Source: Azolla caroliniana | Taxonomy: Eukaryota; Plantae; Polypodiophyta | NCBI GenBank assembly: GCA_043228905.1 | Contig: JBHGNT010000009.1 | Coordinates: 496,001 to 560,000 of the forward strand | Reading direction: 5' to 3' | DNA length: 64,000 nucleotides | Part shown: positions 26,206 to 39,300 of the stretch, piece after piece | Layout of the letters: each line of letters starts with the position of its first letter | How positions within the stretch are numbered: the stretch's first letter is position 1 | Notes under the pieces: model-generated | Databases searched by the model: none | Told to the model about the DNA's origin: nothing | The model's input: the letters and a program-made list of their open reading frames with translations, nothing else | Position numbers and translations under genes: made by a program

Positions 26206-27585
26206 ATGGGTTTGATTAATATGAATATGGATATGGATTCCTACCCTCGCCCTGTCGTCCGCCCATGGAAGCTCTTCTTCTCTGCCAAGACAAAGGACTT
26301 CTCCGCAGACCTGAATATGCAGCATCGCCCCCACCGCTCCCTCCTCTCCTTCCTCCCCAGTAAACAGCACACCTCCAATGATCCATCCGTCTCTATCTCC
26401 CTGCGCATCAGGATCCATAACCTCATCCTCAGGATCAGGATCGCTGCCGGGAAGATGAAGGAAATGAAACTTCTACAAAGGTTTCACAGGTTCCGGAAGG
26501 TGACTGTGCTCGACGTTAAGCCGTCTGATCACACGAACAAGAACTGCACGGCAATATCTGCTGTTCCTTTTTGTCCATTTCCTCATATCTTATACAACTC
26601 CCCGAAATGGAAGGGGAATGGGTTTGTTTATGGTTCCATATGCGTAGGTACATTCGTTTTTCTTGTGTCTCGACGTTGTGCTAGCTTTCTTCACTTTCCT
26701 GTGTTTTGCTTAATGAGAGCAGGTACCTCCATCGCTGGACTAATCGCTAAGAATAAAAAAAGTGCTTCCTTTGTCAATTCCTCGTCCTCACTTTCTGCTC
26801 GCATATGGCAAGGCATAAAAAAGTCAGCTACTTTATCCCGGGTAAATACGAAGATACCTCTTCTTGTTCATCACCAGAGAGACAAGAAAATACATTACGA
26901 TTTCTGTGTTTCGTTTTCCACATCGTCTACTTCTCGATCATCGAAACAAGAAAAAGAAGAACCTTTATCTACTTTTTCTGTATTTAGTTCTTCTTACACA
27001 TCAGAACGTTAAGAAATTCCATTCATCTTTCTTCTTTTTATTCAGCACTACTAATTTACATAATCTTTGTCTCATTTGGATCGAAACGATTCGTTTCTGT
27101 ATTTTGATTCTTGCAGGTTGTGTTGTCTATGTTCTTTCCCAAGCGATTTGTTGTCACAGCAATATTAACTATCGGGATCGGTTTGCTGTTGATGGTAAAG
27201 ATATGAACGATTTTTGTCTGGTTCAGTTAATAAACACAGTGAAGGAATTAGCTTCTCAGAATGTTTTATGTCTGTGGATGGATCATTATGACAGAGAAAA
27301 TCAAATAATTCGATGGAAAGAAAGAAGAAACGGATGGGGAATAGGCTTTTGTCAGCCATGAAACTGGTTAGATCAGAAATGTTTTAATTTATTTCGTTTC
27401 CTTCATGTTATAATAAATGTGTGTCTAGTTTGTGTACCCTTTGTATATTCTCGGGGAGTTCAAAACCCTTTCAATATGTGCAGATGAGATATTGGTGGAA
27501 GCACGTAGCGATGAAGCATGCTGTATGTCTTGTGGTTTTGGTTGCTGTTGTCTTCAACATTTTTTGCTCACGATCAAAACAGTGA
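26206..27585 (+). CDS. Unknown protein with C-terminal hydrophobic (transmembrane-like) segments, 4 exons
   Basis: Exons 26206-26647, 26723-26841, 27117-27194, 27484-27585 with GT-AG sites in compatible phases. C-terminus VVLSMFFPKRFVVTAILTIGIGLLLMMRYWWKHVAMKHAVCLVVLVAVVFNIFCSRSKQ. CT-rich leader before the ATG. Confidence 0.7.
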
Positions 27586-27981
27586 TGAAGGGCCAGAGAA
27601 AAAAAGAGATCTACATAACTTCAGCAGAGATATTGTGAAGAACAATCTAAAAGATTTGCATCTATGTCTTGATCAAACAAGAAGAAAACCCATACACACT
27701 CGGTCTCCTTGTAATGATATCATGCTGAAAACAGAGTAGAGGAATCAGTGTAATGGCATCATGCAGAGATTAAAGTGTAATGATATTGTGATGCAGAGAT
27801 TAAAGTTTAACAAGATTTTGTTAGAAGCTTCTAACAATCAAAAACTGTAACTGAACATTGTCCTTATTTATCTGAACACGCTCCAAATTACAGCAATCCG
27901 CTTGATCTGAGTAATGGGATGATGCAGCCAAGCAAGGGTTTTTGAGTGGCTGAATTTCAAAGTTGTGATCCAGTGAGTAGA

Positions 27982-28419
27982 CTTGGACAAAATCACGTTG
28001 TTAGAAGCTTCTAACCAAATCAACTGTGCTTGCAGCACCGGCTATATATATGATGGCCGGAAGTTTCTCGAGTGCGAGATTTGTATCTGCAAACTAAAGA
28101 CATGCATGTATATGTAGATGTATAAAGGTATATCTACTGCTTGGACAAAATCACGTTGTTAGAAGCTTCTAACCAAATCAACTGTGCTTGCAGCACCGGC
28201 TATATATATGATGGCCAGAAGTTTCTCGAGTGCGAGATTTGTATCTGCAAACTAAAGACATGCAGGACAAAATCACGTTGTTAGAAGCTTCTAACCAAAT
28301 CAACTGTGCTTGCAGCACCGGCTATATATATGATGGCCAGAAGTTTCTCGAGTGCGAGATTTGTATCTGCAAACTAAAGACATGCATGTATATGTAGATG
28401 TATAAAGGTATATCTACTG
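27982..28419. repeat. Near-identical tandem triplication, unit ~158 bp, middle copy truncated
   Basis: GGACAAAATCACGTTGTTAGAAGCTTCTAACCAAATC...AAACTAAAGACATGCA at ~27985, ~28143 and 28265. Confidence 0.95.
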
Positions 28420-28910
28420 GAAGTGATGCTGATATGTTATGTTTTAGAAATCACAAATTTTGTGATCTTCTAACAAATTCATAAGAGTAATGACAAAATT
28501 TCAGAATGATCTATCTAAACTTCTTTGTATATACAACGTTGCGTTCTTGAACTGAAGATTTCCCGATAAAACATACATGTTCACACATAACATAGAATAT
28601 GAGGATTCTGGGATAAAACATGCTCATGCAAAGATCTCCCCACTTCTAGTGTTTTAAACAATGTGCGGCATTGCAATGATTAAAAGGCTCTGTGCATTGT
28701 AGTGCTGGGGCATGGAAGGGTTGATTAGTTAATGTTTGTAACATTGCAATGTTGAAAGTCTCTGTGCATTATATCGTTGAAGTTTTGAAGGCTAGGTGAT
28801 AGATTGTACAGACCTTCTAATTCATATGAGTTGAGAATATGAAAAGATAATGTGTATATGATTGGTTAATGATAATTGTAAAGATTATATAGTATTTCTC
28901 ATTGTTTAAA

Positions 28911-30333
28911 GGGAAAAGTACTAGGATACCCTTGGAAGTTCGTCTATTTACCAGAATGCTCTTGGAAGTTTCAAATTTACCAAACTACTTATGTCCAAAA
29001 AAACCTCCTTCCATAAGTTATAAAATTTTACAAATGAGATGATTATGTACAAATCCTTATAGGGATGCGATAGTTCTATCTTATGTGGATGCCCATTGAC
29101 CCAAGAAAGGGAGAGGACGACCATTGTTGGATGAAGGCTATTCGTTGTCTTTCAACTCCATCATAGTTGCCCTTGAGGCCATCATATTGGCTCTTTAGAG
29201 TGGCTACAATTTCATTCCATATCTCTTGTAGTAACATTGTTGGATGCACAGTTTGGTTGGAGAAGACCTGTCTACATCGTTGTTTCCATAGAATCTAAAG
29301 AGTTATTAGGCTGACCAATTCCAACACAATTTGAGATTTGTCATTAAGAGGAGTTGCGTGGACATTGCTGATGGTGGAGAAAAAAACCTCTTGTGATTTT
29401 ATCACCAAAGTCATCCCCTCCTAATGCTCGTATACGGGAGAGCTAAGGTTCCCACGTTGGACACTCTACACAATTAGGAGAGCTAAGGTTCCCACATTGC
29501 CATGCTCCCACCGATAGTGACTTATGTATTAATAGCCATTGGAACGTGGTAATTGGCCTCACGTATTGTTGTTTCTAGATTTTCTGTCAAAACTTGGTGA
29601 TAATTGTGTGAGGAACTTGATATGTGTGCCAAAGCTTTGCAAGAGTTGGCTCTCGGGCAGTTTGAGTAGCTAGGATGTGGCAACCCAATCTAGTTGTAAA
29701 TTGGAAGAAAGGGATAGGTTTGTTTCCTTGCTCCTCTGCTTAAGGACCACGCCATGTCCATTGCAAACGGTCCCAACTGACCTTACGTAGCCATGTGTTT
29801 TCATGAGTACATATGTGCCAATCGGGTTGTACTTTGATCGGATCAGGATCTACAATCCATTTAGGACCAGTATACGCGAGTACTCGAATTGCGTTATTCT
29901 GTGTTGGTGTCTCAATGTCTCGGAATTCAGAGGCTTCGATCCAGTCTAGTGATCCCCTACCTCTCGGGATCAAAGATCCCTCCTCCTCGTAGAGGGGATC
30001 AATAAGACCCAATCCCCCTCTTGACTTAGGTGTTGTGAGTATAGGTCATGCCACCTTGGCACGAGTTACATGATATTCCTTACCAGACCAAATGTAGTTG
30101 CGTACTAGTCGTTGAATCTGATGTATATTGTCCTTGGAGATTGTCTAACATGATAGATTGTACCATGCTACTTTATAAAGTAATTATACACTCAAATCTT
30201 TGGTAAATAGGGCTAGGTTGGGTCCATTTCTTCCATCTTTGGTAAATAGGGCTTGTAGGTTTGAGTGTATAATTACTTCTAGGGGCATTCTGGTAAATAG
30301 ACGAACTTCTAGGGGTATCCTAATACTTTTCCC
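28911..30333. mobile_element. Non-autonomous Mutator-like element (Pack-MULE-like) carrying a LINE ORF2 fragment
   Basis: About 60-bp TIRs GGGAAAAGTA(C/T)TAGGATACCC(T/C)T(G/A)GAAGTTCGTCTATTTACCAGAATGC... and a perfect 9-bp TSD TTGTTTAAA at 28902-28910 and 30334-30342. Confidence 0.9.
29040..30165 (-). pseudogene. Deleted C-terminal ORF2 fragment of a second, diverged LINE family inside the MULE
   Basis: Minus-strand peptides IQRLVRNYIWSGKE..RAKVA..TPKSRGGLGLIDP, TFQWLLIHKSLSVGAW and ILWKQRCRQVFSNQTVHPTMLLQEIWNEIVATLKSQ align by eye with the ORF2 at 41266-45579. Confidence 0.85.
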
Positions 30334-30927
30334 TTGTTTAAAAGATACATACTATTTGCCATTTTAAACATGTGCCAATATTATAACCCAACATTTCATT
30401 TTCAAGTGTTTTAGAACCATACCCTCACCAAGTGAGCCGTTGGGAAGTTTATTATCTATGGTCAACTTCCTTCGAGTAGGTTTCCCCAACTAAATGGGAT
30501 GATATTGTAACTTGTGGTATTGGACCTTCTGGATAGATTACAATCCGTTAGTGCTTTTGCTTCTAATGCTGGGAATTTCCTAACTGAGTGCCTTTAGTGA
30601 AAATTCTGTCTAAAAAGGTGCTTTATTTTAGTGGCAAAATCCTTATGGAATTTTTACCAATGACTAACTTCTTGAGAGTATGTTCACCAAACTTTCATGT
30701 GGGTTCTTTCAACACACACCTTCAATCTCCAACTTGGTGTCAAATCTTTGGCAATCTTATACTATAGTAGCTTTAGAGTTTAGACAATCTCTATTTGCAC
30801 ATACTCGTTACTTATGTGATTTCCATAATGTTTTCTTTCATTTTTTATGCTCGCGTTCTTGATTGCGTGGTGCTTATCTTTCTTTAATTGTTCCATGCTC
30901 TTCTTTGTTATCCGACTTAGTTGCCAA

Positions 30928-31280
30928 TAGGGATCGGCAATGGTTCGGTTTAGGCTTAGCCGGTTTGGCCTTATCTAAGCCAAACTAGTTAAGCCTAAAC
31001 CGTTTTGGGGTTCTCAAACCTGAACCAAACCGATCCTAAACCAGTTTGGGAAACAACTTGAAAATCGGCTTGTCAAACGGTTTGGAAACCTCCCTCACTC
31101 TCTCTCTCTTAGACGATCCACTATGTAGAATACAAGCTCCTGGCCTCTCTCCCTCTATCACAAGTTTGTAAACGGCTTAACTGATTTCAGCTGGTGTGGT
31201 GAGGCTCAAGCCGAGCCGAGCCGAGCCGAGCCTCTAAGTGGGTTTAGCCTTGAGCCGAGTTGAGCCTTTGTCGATCCCTA
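30928..31280. mobile_element. Non-autonomous hAT-type element (MITE), younger copy
   Basis: TIRs TAGGGATCGGCAA / TTGTCGATCCCTA with an Ac-like TAGGGAT terminus. Perfect 8-bp TSD GTTGCCAA at 30920-30927 and 31281-31288. GAGCC/AAACC subterminal repeats. Confidence 0.92.
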
Positions 31281-33687
31281 GTTGCCAACTATTTACAAGG
31301 ATCTGTGTAACATATAAATTTACTAGGACTAAGGCTCTAAATATCTCACTCTTTAGAGTGAAGATTTTCTAATAAATGCATCTCTCTTACTTTTAATGAC
31401 TTTTGGCCAATATTCATATTAAAAAATGTTTTGTGAAATTGAAAGGCTTCTCCTTATTAATCTAAATATCATAACGTGTCTCTTTCTTCTTCCTTACTCT
31501 CCTTTGTTGTAAGTCTCTTTGCTTTGTTTCTACCTCATCTTGTGTGTGCCTATTTGTTTATTATCTTCCTTGCTCTCATCTGTCACATGAACGTGAGCAA
31601 TGGCATAATAAGATGACACCATTGATTTTGGGTAAGCCATTATTTATGATGTCAATGGTGGTGGTGTTGTTATCACATTAATAACAAGAAGTTACTTAAC
31701 CAAGAACTACAACTAGATTAAAAATATATTGTCTTCCTTATCTTGTATTGAAGTAATTCACTTGCACAACATCCTACTGAATCCTAGAGTGAATGTTGAA
31801 GAAAGTGATGGTTTATCATTAATCGTTGAGTCAAGCAAATGATTGGACGCCCAATTGATGGCATATCAAGGGAGTTGATCAAAATCTTCGGGGAAACTAT
31901 CCCACAAGGTTTCCGTGTGTGATTTATCATGTCTATGTCACCTAGTACAGTCGAAAAGCTTTGTAAGTAATCTATCTTTCGTTACATGGGTGTTTGGCAA
32001 TAAAATTTAGTTGTAAAAGAGCTAAGACTCTAAATATCCCACTCTTTAAAGTGAGGATTCTGTAATGAATCCACAAATCTAGATCTTTATATCTCATTAT
32101 GACTTTTGGACATTCAACAATGTAATAAAAGGCCGATATTTATTTTCAGATACTTTTTCTTACCAATTAAAACATTTGGTCTCTCTTTTTTCCAACTTGT
32201 TGCAAGCTACCAACAGCTTTGGTGCCCCTTCCATAGTACAAGGGCAAATGATGGTTACTTACCAACTTCTTTCATATGGAGGTGTGGTCTTCTCTCTAGA
32301 ACACCTATATAATACACATTCAGAGTCAAAGTAATGAGTATGGCCTTGCTTCATAAGCATTTTACAAACCCGGACTCAAAATTTCAATTGACACTTTTGG
32401 ATTTTCTCTCACAAAATTCTTGTTGATTAGTTGAGACATGAATGAGGTTCTAGGTGATCAAAGTTCTTTAGCTTGTTGCTTGCACAAGGGCATATTATTC
32501 TCTTTAGAAATTCTCTATATAGGTTATCCATCCAAGTTATCAACTATGGCCTCTTGTGTCATGGGCAATAAAGCATGGAAATCCAATGAGATCCTTGTAG
32601 GTTATGACAAAAGCAAATGTGCCACATGTTCCTTTACAAGCAGATGAATGGTGAATGTTGATAACTCTATAAGTATTTAGACGTGACACTCTACATTCCA
32701 AGGAATGTAAAACGCTATTGATATAAGTGGAATACAATTGCCGTATGCCATCCATCCATCCCCCCAAACTTTGAACCTAAAATTATTATTGGATTGTTGT
32801 CACGTTTGTCCTTGAAATACAGCAAATGATGTTTGTTCTACTATTTAATGACTATTGTTGGGAAATGGTTTACTAGACGATGTGTGTTTTTAATACTTGA
32901 AAGTACATGTAAAACTATGGTTGGGATACTAAAATTAGATGCATAAATTTATACTCTTAATAACAATTTCCAATTGACATTAACTCCAAGGTACTGAAAA
33001 TAAGGTGAATTTGGGGAAGGAAACATGATGGACATGACGTGACTACTATTACCAACATTAGAAATCTCAACTCTTGAGGGCTTTTGGTGAGCCTTATTTC
33101 CGTAACGTTTTGTCCTATGTTGATTGCCATGTTTCGCAAGGCTGCCCGTGCAGATAGATAGTAGTTCCCTTTGGACCAAAGAGATTCGGAAGACATGGTA
33201 ATGTCCGGCCCCGCGCCAGAGGTCCCGGAAGAAAAGAGATTGGTGCACACCATGCCCGAAAACATGACAAACAGGGAAACGTAACAAATAGAGTGTAGAT
33301 TCTATGCATATGTATATATATGACCGTTGAGGAGGAGGAGCTCCCAAGGGCTACTAATAATGTAGCCCCGTTTTTCCCGCCCATTCCGTTTCACACCTGG
33401 CCATTGGACTTGGACTTTCTGCAATTCTCCACGATAACCCCCGCCCCTGCACTTCTGTTCCAGTCTCGGCTTTCACTAATTACGAGCGTACCCCTGGGCT
33501 TCTTTTCACAGACAGCACAGACAGTCAGACAGACAGAGAAGAAAGCTTCTTCCTCCACTCTTCTTCTATAGGCTAGCTATAGCTATGGCGCGGCGCTCTC
33601 CATTATAATTGCCTCTGCTACCCCACCCACACCATCTTCTTCTGTTCTCACTGGATTTCGTCAGTTCAGTTCCTTTCATCAGAATCC

Positions 33688-35281
33688 ATGGCTTCTTCTT
33701 CTTCTTCATCTTCTCCCTGGACCTTCCTCCTCTTCACGCTCTGCTACTTCATCTCTGTGCTTTCCTCCTTCTCCTCTTCCGCCGACCTCTCCGGCCTCTT
33801 CTACACCACTTCCACCACAGACCATGTGCAGTATGTGGATGAGGGAAGAGAGATCCACTTAGCTCTGGACCAGAAGAATGGTATGTGGAATCGATCGCCT
33901 CCTCCTTTGAGCTGGGCTAAAAAACCCTAAATCCAAATTTTTCTGTCTCTCTTTGGGTAAAACCCTAGATTTTCTGTGTCTGGTTTTTTGTTGCAGCGTC
34001 TGGCTTCCAGTCCTATGATGCCTTTGTGTTCGGATACTTCAACATGAGGATTAAGCTGGTGCCTGGGGACTCAGCGGGAACAGTCACCACATACTACGTA
34101 CTCAGAAACTAGCTCTGAACATATGAATACATTCAATTCAATGTTAATCCTGGTCTCTTGATGATGATGATAATTAAGAAATCTGAACTGTCGGCGGTGA
34201 TTTTTGTTGTATGATTGATTCAGTTCTCGTCGATCGGAGACGACCACGACGAGCTGGACTTCGAATTCCTGGGGAACTCTAGCGGTGAGCCATTGATCCT
34301 GCAGACCAATGTGTTCTCGAGCGGCCATGGCGAGCGCGAGCAGAGAATCCTCCTGTGGTTCGACCCCACCGCCGACTTCCACAACTACACGATCCTCTGG
34401 AACCTGCACCAAGTCGTGTAAGATCAGAATCCGAGCTTCGCCATATCCGAACCAAAATGCTTCTGTCGCATTGCATTGCATCTCTGTGTTTCTTGATTTC
34501 GATTTCCTTTCTCTTTCGGCTGCGCAGATTCTTTGTGGATGAGGTCCCGATCAGGGTCTTCCCCAACATTGAGGCGCAGACAGGTCTGCCTTACCTGCAT
34601 AACCGATCCATGAATGTCTTCGCCACCATCTGGGATGGCGACAGTTGGGCCACCGAAGGCGGCCGCGTCAAAATCAACTGGACGCACGCCCCCTTCGTCG
34701 CCTCCTACAGGGATTTCTCTGCAGATGCCTGCAGTAGATCCTCCTTGTCTGCGCCTGAATCGGCGACTGCCTACTCTGAGTGCGCAGCCTCCAAATGGTG
34801 GAATGGAGCAGCATACCAAGGGTTGGATGAGTCCCAGATCACGCAGTTGAAGTGGGTGCAGAGCAAAATGACTGTGTATGATTACTGCACAGATTTCGTC
34901 AGGTATAATGTTACTCCACCCGAATGCCTCTACCAGTTCAATCCTGTGTTCTCCACCAATGCATCATCTCCATCTCCATCTCCATCTCCATCTCCATCTC
35001 CATCTCCATCTGTACTACCTTCTTCTACCTCTTCACCATCGCCATCTCCACTATCATCATCTTCTATCTCACCTTCATCATCATCCCCATCCCCATCGCT
35101 ATCGCCATATCCATCTCCTTCACCAATGTCTCCTATTTCTCTGGCATCTAGTTTGAATTCTGGCCCTCCCGCATCTCCTCAGGGATCGAACTCTCATCGA
35201 TTCCTTATCTTGACGCCTTTCGCTTTTCTCCTGACATTCATTAATGCTGCAATTCTTTTCTCTTCTTCAATATTTCTGTGA
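33688..35281 (+). CDS. XTH: Xyloglucan endotransglucosylase/hydrolase (GH16) with Ser/Pro-rich extension and hydrophobic C-terminal tail, 4 exons
   Basis: Exons 33688-33880, 33997-34097 (101 nt), 34224-34417 (194 nt), 34528-35281. Signal peptide, [15 protein letters not shown], catalytic [11 protein letters not shown] with adjacent NSS sequon, WATEGG, YDYCTD..PEC, then (SP)n and [26 protein letters not shown]. Confidence 0.95.
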
Positions 35282-35802
35282 ACGAAGAAATCCCGCATCA
35301 CATAAGGTCCTTCATCCGAGTCCTAATATCACAAAAACCCTAAACCCTAATCTGGACATTGTGTGATGGAGGATGTGACACTTCCAATTTTGATCATTTT
35401 ATCATTACATTTTTCTTTGATTGACGCCAAAACAGAATTGGTTTGCTTGCCACACAATGGACTCTTTTCTTTTCTAGAATGTGGGCAGTCATCGAATAAG
35501 CAATGTGGAAAGGATTTGCGTCCTGGTTCATTGATTTCGAAGCTCTGTAACACTATTGCAATTGTCCAAATGACCTGTTTGTTTCTATTCGTTAATATGT
35601 TGAATTAGGGTTCGCCATTGTAATTCTTATTATTGACATATACATATGTTAACGTGTAATTTGTGATGTCTGTTGGTAACTTCAGAATGTGGTGAATGTT
35701 TGTTAGGGGGGATTGATTGCTAGCATTCGAAATGATGTCCGATTCAATGCTGCCTGAAAGCAATGTGATTACTGTCTTTTGTAAATGTGTGAATTTAAGG
35801 AA

Positions 35803-36331
35803 GGATCGAAAATTTATTGAAATGTTGAATATATGGTAATCGATCGATCTGGGCACAAAATAGTCTACATGAATTGTAGAAAGTGTTTATGGAATTGAAA
35901 GGGTTTTTATTTTTAGACTATATGTTTGAGGCATCATTCAATTCTAATATCACAGAACTAGTGGGGTCTCTCCCACTTTATTGCACCTTCAATTCCTGTA
36001 CTAGTCATGGTTTTGATTGTGTGTGGGTTAATGGAAATATGTTCACTCTTGACACTTCTATTCGATTGGTGTCTGATCGAAAATTTATTGAAATGTTGAA
36101 TATATGGTAATCGATCGATCTGGCCACAAAATAGGCTACATGAATTGTAGAAAGGGTTTATAAAGGGTTTTTATTTTTAGACTATATGTTTGAGGCATCA
36201 TTCAATTCTAATATCACAGAACTAGTGGGGTCTCTCCCACTTTATTGCACCTTCAATTCCTATACTAGTCATGGTTTTGATTGTGTGGGTTAATGGAAAT
36301 ATGTTCACTCTTGACACTTCTATTCGATTGG
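35803..36331. repeat. Tandem duplication, unit ~270 bp, 2 copies
   Basis: GATCGAAAATTTATTGAAATGTTGAATATATGG...GACACTTCTATTCGATTGG at ~35803 and ~36076. Confidence 0.92.
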
Positions 36332-39300
36332 GCAGAGTGTGTTGTTGCCGAACATTTATATCTTGAGAGTGTTGTTGCCTAACATTTATCTCTCGATGAT
36401 CCGACCTACATTCCCCAATGTATATATTATATACATACATCTCATGAGTGTGGGAGGAAGACATGTAATTCGATCCTTGGGTAATGACGGTGCTAAACAT
36501 TTATGTACATATTTGTCGAGGTATGGTGATATGCAAACTCAATGAACCTGGTGATTCACTTTTGTTTTACTACAACAGGACATGTATATGGGTGATAAAT
36601 AACGGACTTTAATGCTTGATTGGTTGCCTATTTTTTGCATTGTCTGGCGCCTACAGGTGGTGTAAATCCAACTGAAAGTACGCGTTTTTTTGGTCAAAGA
36701 GACATCATAATCAGACTCCCTTTTGCCGTATTTTGATTTCAAATGTTTGCAAATAAGTTGGTCGACACATGATAGGCACCACTTGCTTGGTGTAGTTGTT
36801 TAAAGTTTTCCTAGCGAACTACGAAAAAATTATGTTCTCATTCTTGAGGGTTTGTCCAAGAGGAGGGCCTCTAGATGTGCATCATTTGTTTGCTTACCGA
36901 AATTTCGGAATTTCAATTGTCCTTGTAACCCACAAAATAATTGTTCACCATTTATGGACATGTTCTTTCTCTTAGTTTCAAACAATATTTTATTGTCTTT
37001 ATAATAAAAGTCTCATTTGTTAGAGGACATATGATTTAAGTATGTACAAGGGACAATATGGATTGACTAATTTCCATGTCAATATATGTAGGCACACTAT
37101 ACTGCAAATCGTTTCAACTTTACAATGTAACACGCCAATGCAATGTAGAATGCTTTGTCCTGGTAAATTTTGCTTTTTAAACATTTTGACATAACTTGGA
37201 TGGTATCAAGATTGAGAATAGAATGAGATCTTACACACACTTTCATACACAAATCACATCGTACTATAGTGGATGACATCCTCCAGTCAAATGTGCCAGA
37301 AAATATCCACACATACTCTCTTTTTAAATTGGCTACTATGCATGTATGTCGAGTAAGTTTTGGAGGTCTCTGATTTGTCGTGATCTCAAGTTTGAATGCT
37401 CATTGTGTGAGGGGGTCCAAACGAGTAGACATTTATTTAAGTGCCTTCAAACAAGCTTTGAAGGAGCATATGTCAATGTCCTAACATAAAGTGTGTGTTA
37501 ATCATTAGTTGCCAAGATGCTAACACCCAGTTCAGCAAAAAAGATTTTGCAAGAACCGATGACATTTCAGTACCCTGTGTAGTTTAAAGACATAACGATC
37601 ACCGTCCGTTTAGTATCTTAAAGATATGAAGGATTATGTGGAGATTAATTAGCTTGATTATAATAATCGCCTTATTTTTGGCACAACAAACACTTGCTCA
37701 CAATAACCCAAAACAATCGGATTTTAAATGGGTTTCTCAAAAAAGGAATCATTGTTGGTCATGTTCTCACTATGTATCTATCTATAGATACTGTCAATCC
37801 AACTTAAAGCATACACTTGCCAAAGTGGATATCTCAATTACTCTTTTTGTTCCAAATATTATCACTCTTACTGAATACTTTATAAATATAATACTTGAAA
37901 GTCATATGTCTTCGATCATTGTTAATTTGTCAAAAAGGCACAGGATATTAGTACCATCCTCTTTAGCAATCCACATGTTAATATATTTATTGATTGAAGA
38001 AATCAAATTTCTATAATAGAAAAGACGTCTCATGCACTCGTATGTTGTGACCAACCTCGTGATTTGACACACACCGAACAATTTCATAGGGCATGTGGGT
38101 AACTTTCAAGCAAGCTTATCCTATTTTATTGTTGCAATATGTCAATTTTCAAAAACCCATTGAAGTAAAATAATCATTTCAATTCAATGTACATCTTGTG
38201 TGTGTGTGTGTGTGTGTGCGCGCGCGCGCGTTTATACAACAATGCAATACATCGCTAAACCAAAGTTGTTAGAGACCAAAGAAACCGATTTTAGATATTG
38301 TTCTCACAATGCCATGGGATTTCCTTATTCATCGAAAAGTGAAACACGTAACATCTTGGTGTGGTTACTTCTAGTAACTCTTGTACTTTACAACATTTGA
38401 GGTTGTAGGTTTAAGTGTCAAACATTTAATCGGTTTGATGATGTGATCATTATTAAAATTGAAACTATACACTTTTAAGTCTGATTGCAATCTATATGAA
38501 AAGAGAAACTATGAATTCTAAGTTCCACTTGTGGGTTCAAGTGTCAAACATCTAATTGATTTGATGTTTCGATCTTTATAAAAAAGGGTAAACTACCAAT
38601 TCCACGTTTGGTAAGAGAAAGTTCTTGGGGCAACAGAGAGAAAGTTGCGATTTGTAGGTTCCAACTTCGAAGTCTCAAACATGTTCATTTTCTGAGATTG
38701 AGATGATTACAAGAAAAGGGTAACTATCAATTCTACCTTCCGTAAAAATCTTGGGGATAGTGTGTGAGTAGGGGGGTATGTTTTCACAGATAAGGCCAAA
38801 ACATGTAAAGCAAAGAGACTTAAAAGATCGAACCAATTACATTACGATTCATCATGAGTGGTCGAATTGTGTTTTTCAAAATCAATTGGGCTAGTTTTTA
38901 TATTATCTTTATTTTGAGGTGCACTTCACTTATAAAAAAAGTTTCATTGTCCAAACATAAAAAACACCCATTTAAATGAACACGGTATCAATGTTATTTT
39001 AGAAAAGTGGAGGGATATTGACCTCTGAAAAAAGGAAATCACAACTCAAATATTTGCAAAAGTTCGTTGCCGCATTTGCATCGTGCAGAATAATGGGCCA
39101 ATTGAAACGGTTAGAAAACATTAGCTTGAGGTTCCCTATGATCATTGATTAGAATGAATGTGCTATTCATTGCTCGGAAGCTGGAAAGAGGGTTTATTAT
39201 GAATTTGAGAACATATGCATAGAAGAGAAATCAAAAGTTGGCTTGTCAAGAAAGATCACTATGACACTTGGGTAAGACAATTGCTTCCATATAGAGTTTA

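Noticed and set aside
35334-35350. AAACCCT telomere-like repeats after XTH (also in XTH intron 1)
   Set aside because: Only 1-2 units. Telo-box-like motifs are common, and this is not an interstitial telomere.
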